Origin: Vicugna vicugna
Taxonomy: Eukaryota
Direction: 5' to 3'
DNA length: 64,000 nucleotides
Assembly: GCA_013265495.1 (NCBI GenBank)
Contig: MU057880.1
Span: 1,766,527-1,830,526, forward strand
Each line of letters starts with the position of its first letter. The stretch's first letter is position 1. The notes below the pieces were generated by a model, which saw only the letters and a program-made list of their open reading frames with translations, did not search any database and had not been told where the DNA came from. A program made the translations under genes and the position numbers. Shown here in pieces: positions 27,346 to 40,194 of the stretch.

Positions 27346-29529
27346 GTGAGGATCCCGGTGGGAGGAGAGAGGCGGCGATGAGCCCCGCCCTATGAACTAC
27401 ACCCGCAGTTCTAACGTCAAGGAGCTTTGCTCTTCAGTAACCTTTCCAAAGATGTCACGATTCATCACTGCTTGCAATCACTTAGTAAACCTGGTTTGTC
27501 TGATTGGAAAAGTTAACCCATAGGCTAAGAAAAGCTTATTTATATATCTTTTTCATTGAATAGAAAAATCATGATAAGTTGTTGACATGTTTGTTTTTCT
27601 GGAGAAGAATCAGAAAGCCCAGGGGCTCTCTGGGCTGCAGGAAGAAAGCTGAAAGTTCTAGGATTGTGAATTTGGTGACAACCACCCTGAAGGCCCTGGT
27701 GGGTCTCGTTTTTGTTTTAGTGTATCCTAGGTTCATCTAGGATAATAATCCTGGATCAGGCTTGTATCTAGGCTGCTTTTCTTGTGAGCAGCAAAGCTGT
27801 ATTTTTCAAAGGTAGCAAAAGACAATTGTGATTTAGGGGAGGAACAGTTTGACACACAGCTCTCTCTGGCTCCTCATTCCGAAGCCTCATAAACGTCTTT
27901 ACAAAGACCTATTCTTCTAAGTTCCTTAGATGTCCTTTTGACAGAATTGGTCTCAATTGGTCCTGTGAAGCTCCCCAGAGACACACAGCGCATGATAGGA
28001 CATTTGCAGCTTCCTTCTGAAGACAGCCATGTCAGCCTCCACTGAACCTTGTCTGAATTAGCTCTGCTGACCCCAGCGGGGCAGGCTTTCAAAACTCACA
28101 TACACAGCTCTCCTGTTCACCTAAAATAGCAGCCTCTCTCTCTCTCAGTCCCTGTGTGTCTGTGATTTATGCCCTAAGGCATGTTAATGCCTGTATAATG
28201 CTTTCATGCAGCTATTTCCATAAACAGAGAGTAAGTCATGCTTAAGTTGAAGGACTCTTTTCTCAAGAGGGGAAAGATTACAAGTGTTCTTTCGTGTGTT
28301 CACACGGATGTCCTCATCCCTTAATCAAGTTCACCTGTAAAACAATGACCAAAGTGCCCCCTGAGAATAAATGTAATTAGGCAAAGATATTTTCAGTGTT
28401 ATTTGCCCTCCGCCAGGGAGCAAAAAAGAAAGCACAGCTGTTTGCACTAGGCTTCTATAGAAACGGAAAAGAAAAAAAGGTACCTTTGAACAGGTAAGGA
28501 GTTTTTAGATGCAATGTTACATGCCATATCTCAGACACACATCTAGATTTTCCTACCAGCTATGTGAGTCCAAGTATAGCAAATTTTATTTTTATCTTAC
28601 TCCCAAAGATAATATAATAAATGGAACGCACAGGACAGGGTTAATTATTATAAGGAATATGAGTTCTTAGAAAATCCTTGAGGTTAATTAATTCAGTGAA
28701 AGAACTTTAAATCAATTCTAACATCCACCCGTGATCATTCTTTATTATCTCCTGATCAGGCAAAACAGGTATTTGCTTCTTGATAATATTGGGATTTGGA
28801 TGGTTCCTATGAGTGGTATTCTGCACCCAGCTTTAGCTCCAGATCCCAAATAGAAGTTTTAATATAACATGGCAAATGTATTCTTTCCTCCAAGTGAATG
28901 GCCAGCTGTTCCCGCAGATCTTCCTTCAGCAATCCAGGATGTTAATTAATTCCCATTGATTTATCACACTGCCCTACAGTATGATAGCGGTTTTATCCAT
29001 CTGGTGCTGAATTAGGTGCAAAAGTCACCGGATCGCCACTCCCTTCACCACCTACGTGTGTTTTCATGCACAGATACACTCCAGCACACTAGGGCTGTGG
29101 GCTTGTCTCCTCTTCCATGCAGTGAAAAATGTGTTTTGCAACTGCAGATGAAGGAGGGAAATTAGGGTTTGATAATGTTGAGTTATGGCTGGGTAATTAG
29201 GGTGACCGGAAGGAAGGAGGGGAGAAGAGAGGGATAAATTATATGAAAGTGGCTTGGTCCTTTTTTTGATCCTTTGAGCTGATTGTGAACACCAATGAAG
29301 AGTAGAGACAGAGATATTTGTGAAAGTATAGAGTTGTTCCTTGTGTTTGGGTGTGTGTGCAAAATGTGGCACAGAGGTTGTTCTTTTCTACCTTTGAGCG
29401 GAATTTCAACTCAGTTGAGCACCAAAATGATGAGAGCTACACCAATATCCCTCTCTCGACAAAAACACCAGCATCCCAGTCACAGGGGATGGCATGACGC
29501 TGCATGGCTGAAAGGGGTCTTCAGCTGCA

Positions 29530-29645
29530 GTAGAAGCAGAATTTAAAATTAAAAATGCGATGTCATTTACATTGACACTCAAGAAAATGAAATATTTAGA
29601 TATCAATCTAACAAGTTACGTGCAAGATCTAGATAAGCAGAATCC
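29530..29645 (+). mobile_element. L1 ORF2 internal fragment
   Basis: gtcatttacattgacactcaagaaaatgaaatatttagatatcaatctaacaag...caagatct (KYLGINL-like RT segment). Confidence 0.65.
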
Positions 29646-30419
29646 CAAAGTCTGAACCGCCTAAAGGGGACTGAGGTTTGTAGTGATGGGGAAAAAATCT
29701 GAAATATCATTGACTTCATATATACAAAAATATATTAATCGTGAAATGTTTAATAAACTGAGTCTCTAGGAGTTTCCAGTGCACGGTTTTCTGAATAGAC
29801 TCCATAGAGTTTTATAAAATGATAAATGTTCCACCTACTACAAAAGAAATTTAAAAACTAAGCACTACGCAGATGATCACAGAATGTCATAGCAGTGAGG
29901 AAGAATTTAACACCGGTAGACCTAAATAACAAAATCATTTATTTTTACCATTCCTTTAATTTTGGCCAGGCAGACCCTCTGTTCATCACATTTCTTCATT
30001 TCACAGTTATAACATAAAGACACATTCTTCATTTCTGCACAATCCCAAAAACAATAATAAACAAACCAGATGGAGAACCTTGCAGTGTACTCAAGGCGGT
30101 CATGAATTAAAATGAGACAGAACATTGGACAGATATGATCAGGTCCTGAATCATCAGAAAATGCATGGCTTTGGTTTTGTACTGTTTTGCCTAATGCTTT
30201 ACCTTGTGCTTCATAATTTAAAATATTCTCAGCTAGTTGGGACTGATGATGAGAAGGAAACACAGGCCACTTTGGTCTATGAACATGGCTGAGAATCGAT
30301 GCTCAGAGTTAGGGAGGCACACTGGAATCTGAGTAGCTAAGCTCCATGTGAGGCATTTCAATTAATCAGACACACAAAAAATCCTTTCTAATTTTAAAAA
30401 AATGGGTTAAAACCTACTT

Positions 30420-30800
30420 GTTTTTCATCTCTAGCATTTCAACTTGATTATTTCTTATAGTTTCCATTAGCCTGATGAAATCACCTACCTGGTTATGCCC
30501 ATTCTGAAGCTTTTCTATAAGCCTGCAGCACATTCATCCTAGTTATTTTGAATTCCCTGTCTGATGGTTCAAACTTCTGGGTTACATATCAGTATTGCTG
30601 TTTTGATTCATTTAGTTCTTGACAGTTTGTTCTTATTCTTGCTCTTTTGTGTCACTGAATTTTGGGTTGAAAGTCAGATGTTGTATGTATGACAGTGGGG
30701 GCTGTTCTCTTGTGTGATGAGGCCATTTACTATAGGAGGGTCAAACACTCCAGTCAGATCTGGATTGTGTTTCGTTGTGTTTACTATGTTCAGCAACACA
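30420..30800 (-). mobile_element. Old L1 5'/ORF1-proximal fragment, antisense
   Basis: tctagcatttc...agttattttgaattccctgtctgatggttcaaacttctggg, similar to the 26.5-26.7 kb segment. Confidence 0.55.
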
Positions 30801-30801
30801 A

Positions 30802-31045
30802 GTGAGTCTGTTTTTGTTTTGTAAAGAAGTTCATGTGTTTCATTTTTTTTTGAATTCCACATATTAGTGATATTATATGACATTTTTTTCTTTCTCAGTC
30901 TGACTTACTTCACTTAGAATGACAATCTCCTGGTCCATCCATCTTGCTGCAAATGCATTATTTTATTCTTTTTTATGGCTGAGTAGTATTCCATTGTATA
31001 AATATACCACAGCTTCTTTACCCAGTCATCTGTTGATGTACATTA
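30802..31045 (-). mobile_element. Younger LINE-1 ORF2-end/3' UTR fragment, antisense, without tail
   Basis: ttccacatattagtgata...tctgacttacttcacttagaatg...ttatggctgagtagtattccattg...cagtcatctgttgatg. Confidence 0.9.
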
Positions 31046-32759
31046 AGGTATAATACATGTTTTAAAATAAATTTTGGAAATACTGTTTCTGTAATCCTGG
31101 TTTCAAATCCATAAAATAGTTTGGTTTCACAATCAAAATCTGAGTTAATTCTCAGCTTCTGGTTGCAGAATCAACCTCTCTCTTATGTTTTTATTTTTAA
31201 ACGAATCAAAACTATGGGAATGAGAAATCAAACTAGAAACTGCTTCTCTGACCCTAGAGGACACTTTTGTTCTCTAATCACAAATAGACTAAAGGCTGCC
31301 AAGGGCAATAAAAATTGGACAAAGTTGGGAAAGGACTTCAGAGAGACTGATTTCTCATGACAATGATTTCCTTTCATCTTTAGTCAACTGGGGCTAAAGG
31401 ATCATTAGACACTTATTACAAAATAATTTTGGCATATGTCTCCAATGATATTAATTAATGAACAAATGTTAAACCTCAATGTATTTGAGACACTATATCA
31501 AAGATTAGAGAAACTGGTGCAGTTCATCTTTCTAGTTTAATTTCTTGAAAAATGATTTAAAAATGAAGTACAATACTTTCCCAAAGTAGGGAGCAGTAGG
31601 CTCCATCCAATTCATTTAACATGCATATGTTTAAGTTTTAAGTGAATTCTCATTCCACTTTAAACCATCCTCGCTGTGATTTTATCATAACAACTTTATC
31701 ACAGGTGTCGTCTTCCTAACTGCAGCCACGTAAAATTTCCTGCACTTTGAAATTCATTTTGTAAAATTCTTTTCTCATTATTCTAGGTTGTTGATTTCAT
31801 TTGCTATATGACAAGAATGAATTCCTCAAAATCATATTTAATTTGACTGGGAAAAGAAAGAGCAGTGGATTTGAAACACAATACACACAATACAATATTA
31901 CCAACTAACTTATTCAGTGCACCTCTTATCTTGAATTCGTGTTCCATTAAACTGACCAGAAGAGACTAAATGATAAGAGTGTAAAAGACAACTTTAAGAC
32001 TAAAGATCCAGAATTCAATCAGTTTCGTCAAGTGCTGACAAGGACTTGGAACTCAAGATCTGTATCAGTTAATGAATGTTCCATTGAATCCCAAGTATCT
32101 CAAGATGGTGAATTTCAATTTCCTTTTAGTTACTCAAGCAAAGGCAGCCTTGTAGGGGTGGCAAACTTCTGAGTATCTTTCGCTTGTACGAGTTCAAGCT
32201 CTGTATTTTGTTTAAGGCTTATTTAATGAGACCAAAAATAAATCAACTTACAATTTATTTTCTTTTCTCCTTTCATCAGTGCTTTCTAGAAATACTTTTA
32301 ATGAAATGCATCTTAGCACATGTACTTTACTCCTACTTTTTCAGATGCTTAAGGGGTGTCTCCTTGAATTTATTTTCTCCTTTAACTTTCAGTTGCTCCA
32401 AATATTCAGCTCATTAACTTTCCCTTGTCCTTGTTGACATATATTGTGGTTGCTTCACTAAGCAAACATATAAATATTCATAATTCATCCTGATAATTAA
32501 TACCTAATTTATTGTGGTCCAAGCTTGTTAAACTTTTAAATTTATATTGATTTTATGTGTAAACCTAAGAAGATAGATAGTCTAAGAGAGAAAAAAATTT
32601 AGCCATGAATTATAAGCAAAGTATTTTTTCATAATTTGTTCAGGAAGATGAAGTCAGGAATCAAGTGAAGATGGGGTGGAGAGATTATTTAATCTAATAA
32701 AATACAATTTAGAAAGAAAAATTTACTGATTGCAAATAAAGCAGATAAACTTTGTGAAG

Positions 32760-33140
32760 CTGGAAAATTTTTGAGGGCAGAACTGTGTGTTATTCATTTT
32801 TGTATCAACAAACCTTAACACAGGAATTGATCCCTAATAAATTGTCATTCACTGTATAATGTTTATGATTTATGGAGTGAAACGATCACTGATTCACTAA
32901 ATGACTGAATACATCAGTGGACATGCCAATTTTGGGGGCAGCTTGGTAATACTTAGAATCTTCCACTAAAGTAACTCCAATCTGGACCTGCCATCAGTGA
33001 CTTCCTGCTACTAATCAACTGTCTGTCCCAAGGCAAGGTGCTTAGTCCTTGTGGTTTTATTTTCACTTCTGTAGTTGGAGATGCTACATCTTAAAGAGAC
33101 TGCAATCAATGTACCTCAAAAAATTTCATAAACTGTACAG
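32760..33140 (+). mobile_element. L2 3' end plus MIR fragments (ancient)
   Basis: ttgagggcagaactgtg...catttttgtatc (L2-like); caaggcaaggtgcttagtcc...tttcacttctgta (MIR core-like). Confidence 0.45.
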
Positions 33141-34800
33141 ACAAGTTGTTTCACAAGATCTTTAAATTCCAAGCTGGTATTCTGTGTTGATTTCTCCTTT
33201 TCTCTCAAATATGCGAATTTTCTTTTAAAATATGGAAAAAGAGTCAACCTACTCCATTCTTTTTTCCCTCAGTATAATCTATACAAAGCAACACCTGCCG
33301 CCATATTGGAAAGCATGAACTCCACCAATAGGCAGAAGCAGTGTCTATGTAAACTCTCCAGTATGGTGGTGGAGTGAAAAACAAAACAATTTCACCAGCC
33401 AGAAATGATAACGAGGGCTATGAAAGATTTCTTTTTCTCCCATTATGTGCCGGGACCTGTCTGAAATGATTTCTGTTTTCAAAAAACATCTCCTTTTTTT
33501 CATTCGTTATTTTGGGCTAGTCCATGAATCTTTAATGGGAACATATGAAAACTCAGCTTTAGCTCAATGGTGAACAGAAATGATACATCAGCATGTTTGT
33601 CTCCTACGTGCAGGAAGAAAGTCATGAGTAGGGTGACATCAGGACTCATGAAGGCTATTTGTAGTCTTTTCTCAGCCATGCAATAAACTCTTAGGAAACT
33701 TTATCACTGACACAAGGAAAAGCGGCTTACCAATTTTTTTTTGTCTACTGAATTTAATGTCATTGATATGATTAAACTATTGTAACCATAGCAGTGAAGT
33801 CACCTTGTATGCACAGTAAGTCTCTACACCTAGAGAGATATTGATCAAAGTTCTTAGCTTAAGTTATATTTCTAATCATTATCAGTTAGCTCCTTGACAT
33901 TTTCACATCTTGTTCAGTGATGAAAAAAAAAATTTTTTTATAGTTACTTCTGTTTGACACTTCTTTGAGTGTCTTATATCACCCAGCATCATCTTAGTGT
34001 AAGAAATTACTTCTTTATTTTATCATAACATCATTCAGAAAATCTTTACTCCTTAATAAATTTCAACTCACTGCTTCATACCTGTTCTGCTGTGTCCTCC
34101 ACAAGCACATGCAGACATGCCTTTTGGTTACTAAATTTTCTCTTTTAGATTATCAGCCACAATATATTGCAATTCATTAAATTAAAAATTTACACTCTCT
34201 TTTCTGGTATCTTTAGATGCTTCATTCTGTATATAGATGCCTATAAAATGTGAATGGCGGACCATAACATAGTAGGCAGAATACTCATCATCTTTCCATA
34301 TATCGATAATAAGCTTCATACATTTTTCAGGAAAGCTTAACTCAGACAGAATAGAATCATACCAACTCCTACTGCAAAGGTCAAGGACATGTATTTTCCG
34401 TTCGTGCGTTCATGCTTGCTTTGTCTTCCCTTGCTATTTGGAAATGGTACTAACAGCACTAACTTCCCTTTTGTAATGTGTATCCATCCAGAACTGTGAG
34501 CTCAGTAGCAACAACGGTTGTACGCGTGCTACTATTTTATTATACAATGTAAACCTTCGTATGTGGAAAGCTCCCGAGAGACTATACATCAGATTCCCTC
34601 ATTTTATTAATGAAGAACTAGGGTACCTGGGGGACTTAAGATCATTTCTGTTTAGGTTGTTTAAGTACGGGCAGCATTAGTTCAAGAACTGTGGTTTTAT
34701 GACGTCAAATTCAGTTCTCATCTTCATCCTTTTGAAAAGATAGCCTCTTGGCTCTCTAATGTAATTTATCTTTGTGAGTATGCCATGTTCTCCTAGGAAG

Positions 34801-34850
34801 TGTAGTAGGTTCTGCAGCGAAACAGAACCAATAGGATATATATACAGACA
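34801..34850 (-). mobile_element. MLT2 (ERVL) LTR 3' terminal piece
   Basis: tgtagtaggttctgcagcgaaacagaaccaataggatatatata matches the reverse MLT2 terminus. Confidence 0.8.
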
Positions 34851-35160
34851 CAGGCGTACCTCACTTTACTGTACTTCCCAGACACTGTGTTTTTTACAAC
34901 GTAAAGGTTTGTGGTGACCCCGTGACAAGTCAGTCGGCACCATCTCCCCAACAACACTTGCTCACTTCATGTCACAGCTTTTGTTGATAACAATATTCCA
35001 AACATTCTCTATGTTGTCATATTTTTATGGTGATCTGTCACCAGTGACCTTTGATGTTACTACCATGCCTCTCTGGTGGCTTAGATGAGGATTAGCATTT
35101 TTCAGCCATAAAGTATTTTTTAATTAAGGTATGTGCATTGTTTTAGTCATAGTGCTATTA
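34851..35160 (+). mobile_element. Internally deleted Tigger1 derivative (Tigger1a-like), 3' TIR missing
   Basis: caggcgtacctc...aaggtttgtgg...ttgatgttacta joined to ttagatgaggattagcatttttcagccataaagtattttttaattaaggtatgt (Tigger1 3' subterminal sequence). Confidence 0.85.
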
Positions 35161-36830
35161 CGTACAAAATGGTGGGCAACATGGTAAGACCAGTGGATTC
35201 CTTGGGCATGGGCCTGCTGCCATGCTTCTTTTGACATGAACTGAGTTCCTAATCAGAAGCCATGCTGTGTGGAGCATCATGATTGTGAGCAAGGCATTCT
35301 GTAAGATGAGAAGCATTGTGTGCAGGAAAGGCCAATCTGAATCCAGAGTGTTTACTCCAGTAAGAACAAAACACTGCCCTTCCATAACACGTTGGAGGTG
35401 GTCCAATGTATTCAACCTACTACCAAGTAGCTGGCTGATTACCCTGGGAAAGGATGTCACATCAGAGGCCCAGTACTGGGCACTTAGCTGGGCCTAGAGC
35501 TAGGTTGGCCTTGGTGAATTGAAGTCCTTGCTGCTGAAACCATGCAAGACCTCCATCCTTGCCACCATGGCCACTTTGTTTTCATGAGCCCACTGGGCAA
35601 AGAAAGGGGGACCAGGAAAGAGGCTGATGGGTATTCACAGAATGTGTCATCCAAGCTACTTGATTTTTAAGTTCTCTGTCTGCTGAGATGCTTGTGTTTG
35701 CTCTGGGACACAAATATCTTAATGTCTTTTGCCCTTTGAGACAAGGATATTCACATACATTACCCTCAAATTTCTTTGTCACCAATTTTCCAATCATGTT
35801 CCTTCCAAGTCCTTGACCATCCAACCAATGCAGTTGTTGGCTACAGCCCATGAATTGGTATCATTGCATGTCTGGCAATTTCTCCTTCCAACCAGGTGCA
35901 CTGCCCAACATTCCACCCCCTGGAAGGATTTCCCTTCACTGTGTCCTTCAGGGATGTTCCAGAGAAGGGCAGTAACATTGCATCTGCCCACTTCTGGATG
36001 GTGTCTGCATATTGTGCAGAACCATATGTCAAGCAGACCCTAGTTTCTCTTCCTTTGTCAACTAGTTGTAGAGAACTCTCCATGAGGTGACAGGTGTAGG
36101 GTTGGAGGTAGAAAGGCAGTGTTGCTGGGCTCTCTGGGGCTATGGTCCCCATGGACATTTGGACCACTTCTTCATGTAACTTTCTTGTGCTCTATGGCCC
36201 TGATGGCCCAATCACATATGTTCCATTTCCATTTGATGATAAAGCGTGGCTTCTCAAACTCAAATTCGTTGTTTGGTGGCCCAGATAACACCCAGTTGGT
36301 GATTGGCAGCTTGGGTCACATGGTAACTTGGTAGCCCAGGGTGAAGAGTTTGGTCTCCACCAACGCTCAGGAGCAGACCAAGAGCCATCTCTTAGAGGGA
36401 CAGTAGTTATCTGGTGGTGGATCATCCTCCAAAATCCTAAAGGTCTGCCCGGAAAGTTCCCTCTAGGACCTTCCAGAGGTTCCAAAGAGCAGCTGGACCC
36501 ACCACTGCCACCTCCAGCACCACTGGGTCTGCTGGAGCATGTGGCCCACGTGGTGGGATGGCCAGCACAATTGTCTGGACTTCGCTGAGCCTTCTCTGTT
36601 CTGGGTCCCCTTCAAAACTAGCCGATTTTCAGACTGCTCAGAAAATGGGCTGGAGGAACACATCCAGATGAGGACCATCTTGCCTCCCAGGTCCAAAGAG
36701 GCCCACTAGGCACTGTGCTTCTTTTCTGGTGGTAGGAGAGGTCAGATGCAACAACTTACCTTTCACCTTGGAAGGGCTACCTCTACATGCCCCCCCTCAC
36801 TGGACTCCTAGAAATTTCACCATGGCAAAC
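35161..36830 (-). pseudogene. ERVL internal pol remnant (RT C-terminus, RNase H, integrase), heavily disrupted
   Basis: Manual minus-strand translation: 'VKFLGVQ*...SKVKGKLLHLTSPTTRKEAQCLVGLFG' (RT), 'CLTYGSAQYADTIQKWA' (RNase H, cf. FTDGSA), 'HDAPHSMASD*GTQFMSKEAWQQAHAQGIHWSYHVAHH' (integrase core). Confidence 0.92.
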
Positions 36831-39497
36831 GCCCCCTGGACTTTATTCAGACTGATGGCTTACCCTCTGACAGGCAAATGTCTTATGAATGAGTTTAGTT
36901 GCCATTTTGAGCTCACTAATTTCAATGAGATATATATAGAGAGATGTACAGATATGGTAGAAATCTGTTAGGTTGGGTTACAGAGACCCCTATGTTCATG
37001 CAGTGCTGATGAAACGGATTCTGATTGTGAAATAAGAAGTGTGACTAATACTGTTTTGGAGTGGAAAGAAAGGAGAAAATAAACATGGAAGGAAATCTTA
37101 AGTTTTGAACTAATTGTGGCTTTTGCAGAATCTCTTAAGTCCTATTTGTCCTATTCAGGTAAAGGAGAATAAAGAAACAGGAACCACGTGGACACAGTAG
37201 CAATGAATTAGGCAGGAGGAAATGGTATGTATCTGCAGGAGAGCACTTTGAACATTACTAATTTTGTACACAGATTTGGGCCAGAAACAGTGATTTCACC
37301 AGTGTCTGTAGCTCACATCAGTGCAAGTGCAATTATTTCAGAGGAAGATTTGCACATGGCTGGAGTTCCTCCATCCTCTGGAGGAGGCTGAGATCACGAA
37401 TCTGGGAAATGAGGAGTTAGTATTGAGGTCATTAGTAAGCCTGTCCTCTACCTAATAAGCAGGGTTGCATTAGCTGTTACTCGTGTCATTATTAATGCAC
37501 AGAATATTTGTACTAGAGGGAATCCTACTTACAGGCCCTTTTTGTGGTCAGTCTTAGTGCAAACACTACAGGGGCAAACAAGACAACTGACCAAAGTCTT
37601 TCCATGCTCAACAAGCTGACCTATATCTGAGTATTTTGGAAACTATTCAAATTGAATAGCTTAAATAATAATGAGCTGAGTTAAAGGACCTTAATCATGG
37701 TCCACATTTATCACATCCTGATAACAATCATATAGGATATGTCTATATCTAAATATTTTTATCTTTGTAATTGTATACTTACAGCTAAGTAGTTTGGTAA
37801 AATAACTTTATTTTGCAATTGTAAACTTATTCAGGGGTTATGTGTTTCCCATCATTGACCCCTAGCGCTTAAACTAGTGCTCACAAAGGAACTCAATTAA
37901 CATTTATAAATATCACAATAACCAGATAGATTAACTCTAGATTGTCCTAGACAATCTTCTCAAGATTGAAAAATCCATCATAGAGTTACAAACAGTTCCA
38001 TTAAGCAGCACAGAAGAACAGTTTTCTCAGCCAGACAATAAATGTTTTCATCTGTATCCATCATCTCAGATTCATGAATATATTGAAAAGGAAAGACATT
38101 TGGCAGTGGTGTCTGTGGTGTGTGTGTTTTAGGGTATAAAGATGATTCATTCTACTAAAAATCACATGTTGCAAAATCTGAACTTTGATCAGACTTCTTA
38201 AGAAGAATTTCTAGTTGGCCCCATACCACTGAATATTAATTATTTCCCTTTGGCTCTTGGCCACAATATATCCTTGGCATAAACGTTAATCTAATCTAGC
38301 ACTAATTTCAAATAAGAGAAAACAGATGAATTAAATTTGAGGGGAGAGTTCAAGATATTATATCACGTCATATCATTTTATTTAAATACAAATAGATTAT
38401 TTTTTTTGGCCAGTGATATTACAATGATAATTTTCACTTTATTGCCAGTAGAGCATTGGAAATGTTTTTGAAAGCATTGTTATCCCGGTAAGGTCTAAGA
38501 CCAAGCAACTAATAAAGTTAAGAAATGATCAACGTATCAACCCTCCAGGAACTTTGAAGCTCTCTTTTTTTGGTGTCTACTTTCTGTTGGATGAGCTTGG
38601 AAAGACTGGATTGATTATTATTTCCAAAAAACCAGGTTCAGTATGATTTTATTAGTATTTATAAATTGGTAGAAACCAGTTTGTTGGCTCCTGAATAAAT
38701 GCTCTTCAAGTAAATAATAAATAATACTAGTATTTAGAATTCTTCCATATGAAGAATTTTTAAACATATATTATTGAATTATGTCTTGTAAACCAAAATA
38801 CCTTTCTTTCAGTGCCTTCTTTTCTGATAGTTCCTGCACATTGGATTTGTAGATGTTAATATTCTCTAGGAAGCAATGTGCTAAAGGACTTATGTCTTTT
38901 CAATGAGCAGTGCTCTTAGTGGTTATTACTGCTCAAGGGCTGACATAACTGAAAGGTCAATGCCTGTACCTTTATTCTCTAATTCCCAAGGTTTGAATTG
39001 ACAAACAGATCATGTCGATTGATGGAGAATACGCTGTTTGATTTTTCTAAGAGCTTTGTTGTGGGAAAAGCATCATCTTTGCTGCAAACTGCCCTGGAGC
39101 CCTTGTTACCTGCAGGTGCCTCTTTGTCTTTAACTTTAACCACAGGATCTGTCACTTGTGGCTGGTGCATGCCTGCAGAAAACAGTCAGGATATGCAAAC
39201 ACAATTTGCCAACTGTTCTCTCCAGTTCAATTCAGAAGAGAAAGAACAGAACATTCTCCTAGGTTTACGGTCAAGTTTTTGTTCTTGCTGAAACAGCTAA
39301 CCTTCAAATATCTGTGTGTTTGCGCATTAGCATCTGATCAAAGAGAATATTTCCATGGGAGTAAGGTCCTTTTTCAGGGGTGCTTGTTAACAGATTAGAA
39401 ACTTCTTGAGTGGCCTGAATGTCAAAAAATATATTTTAAAAAAGTGAATGCTTATATAGCCAAACATCAAATCGAGTTATATTAGCTTAAGGAAACA

Positions 39498-39953
39498 TGT
39501 GACCAAGACTGTCTGAACATTCTCCTCAGTCTGACTAAACTTCAGACAAGTTTCTCCCGTTTCTGTTTCCTAGAGTATTTACCTTAGAAAACATGCAATT
39601 GCAAATTCCTTCTCTGCCCCTTTGAGGTATAAATCTCCTTCCAGGCTCCTCTCAGTTTTCAGCTGAGGAATGCCTTTCTCAGGGACTGAAACCACCCCTT
39701 ATAATGCAATCATTGAGAAAGTACCCTCATCTCACAGCTCCTGGGGGAGGGTAAGCCCCCAGTCAGCAAATGCTTTGACCAGCCTCCTCCGTGAAGCATT
39801 TTTCCAGCAACTCACTCCTGCACTGAACGTCCTTTTGTTTCAACAAGATTAAGGTCAACCTCTCTTCTATTGCAGTAGCCTTGACTCCTGTTGCAGTAGT
39901 CCTGAATAAAGTCTCCCTGTCGGTCTAGCTTGTCCAGTGCAGTCTTTCTTTCA
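39498..39953 (+). mobile_element. ERV1-class solo LTR (MER34/MER31-like; family tentative)
   Basis: TG start (tgtgaccaagactgtctgaac), ctgactaaacttcagaca and tctctgcccctttgag motifs, AATAAA at 39905-39910, ends ...tctttctttca. Confidence 0.78.
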
Positions 39954-40039
39954 TGTACGTGTGCCATCGTTGCTTTAACAATTTCCTGACGGCACATTTA
40001 TTAAAAGTATAATGTTTCCTAGGTCCAAACAACTTTGAG

Positions 40040-40194
40040 TTCTTCTGTTTCTTTTTTATTTTTTTTAGGGTTTTTTTTGGGGGGGGCAAATGGTAATTAG
40101 GTTTATTCATTTTCAGAGGAGGTGCAGGGGATTGAACCCAGGACCTTGTGCATGTCAAACATGCGCTCTACCACTTGAGCTACACCCTCCCCCT
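40040..40194 (-). mobile_element. Vic-1-like tRNA-Ala SINE with 8-bp TSD
   Basis: ggggattgaacccaggaccttgtgcatg...gcgctctaccacttgagctacaccctcccc; direct repeat actttgag at 40032-40039 and 40195-40202. Confidence 0.92.

Noticed and set aside
35158..36971. Dense overlapping ORFs suggesting a gene or domesticated retroviral protein
   Set aside because: ERVL pol with multiple in-frame stops and frameshifts; no intact domain.
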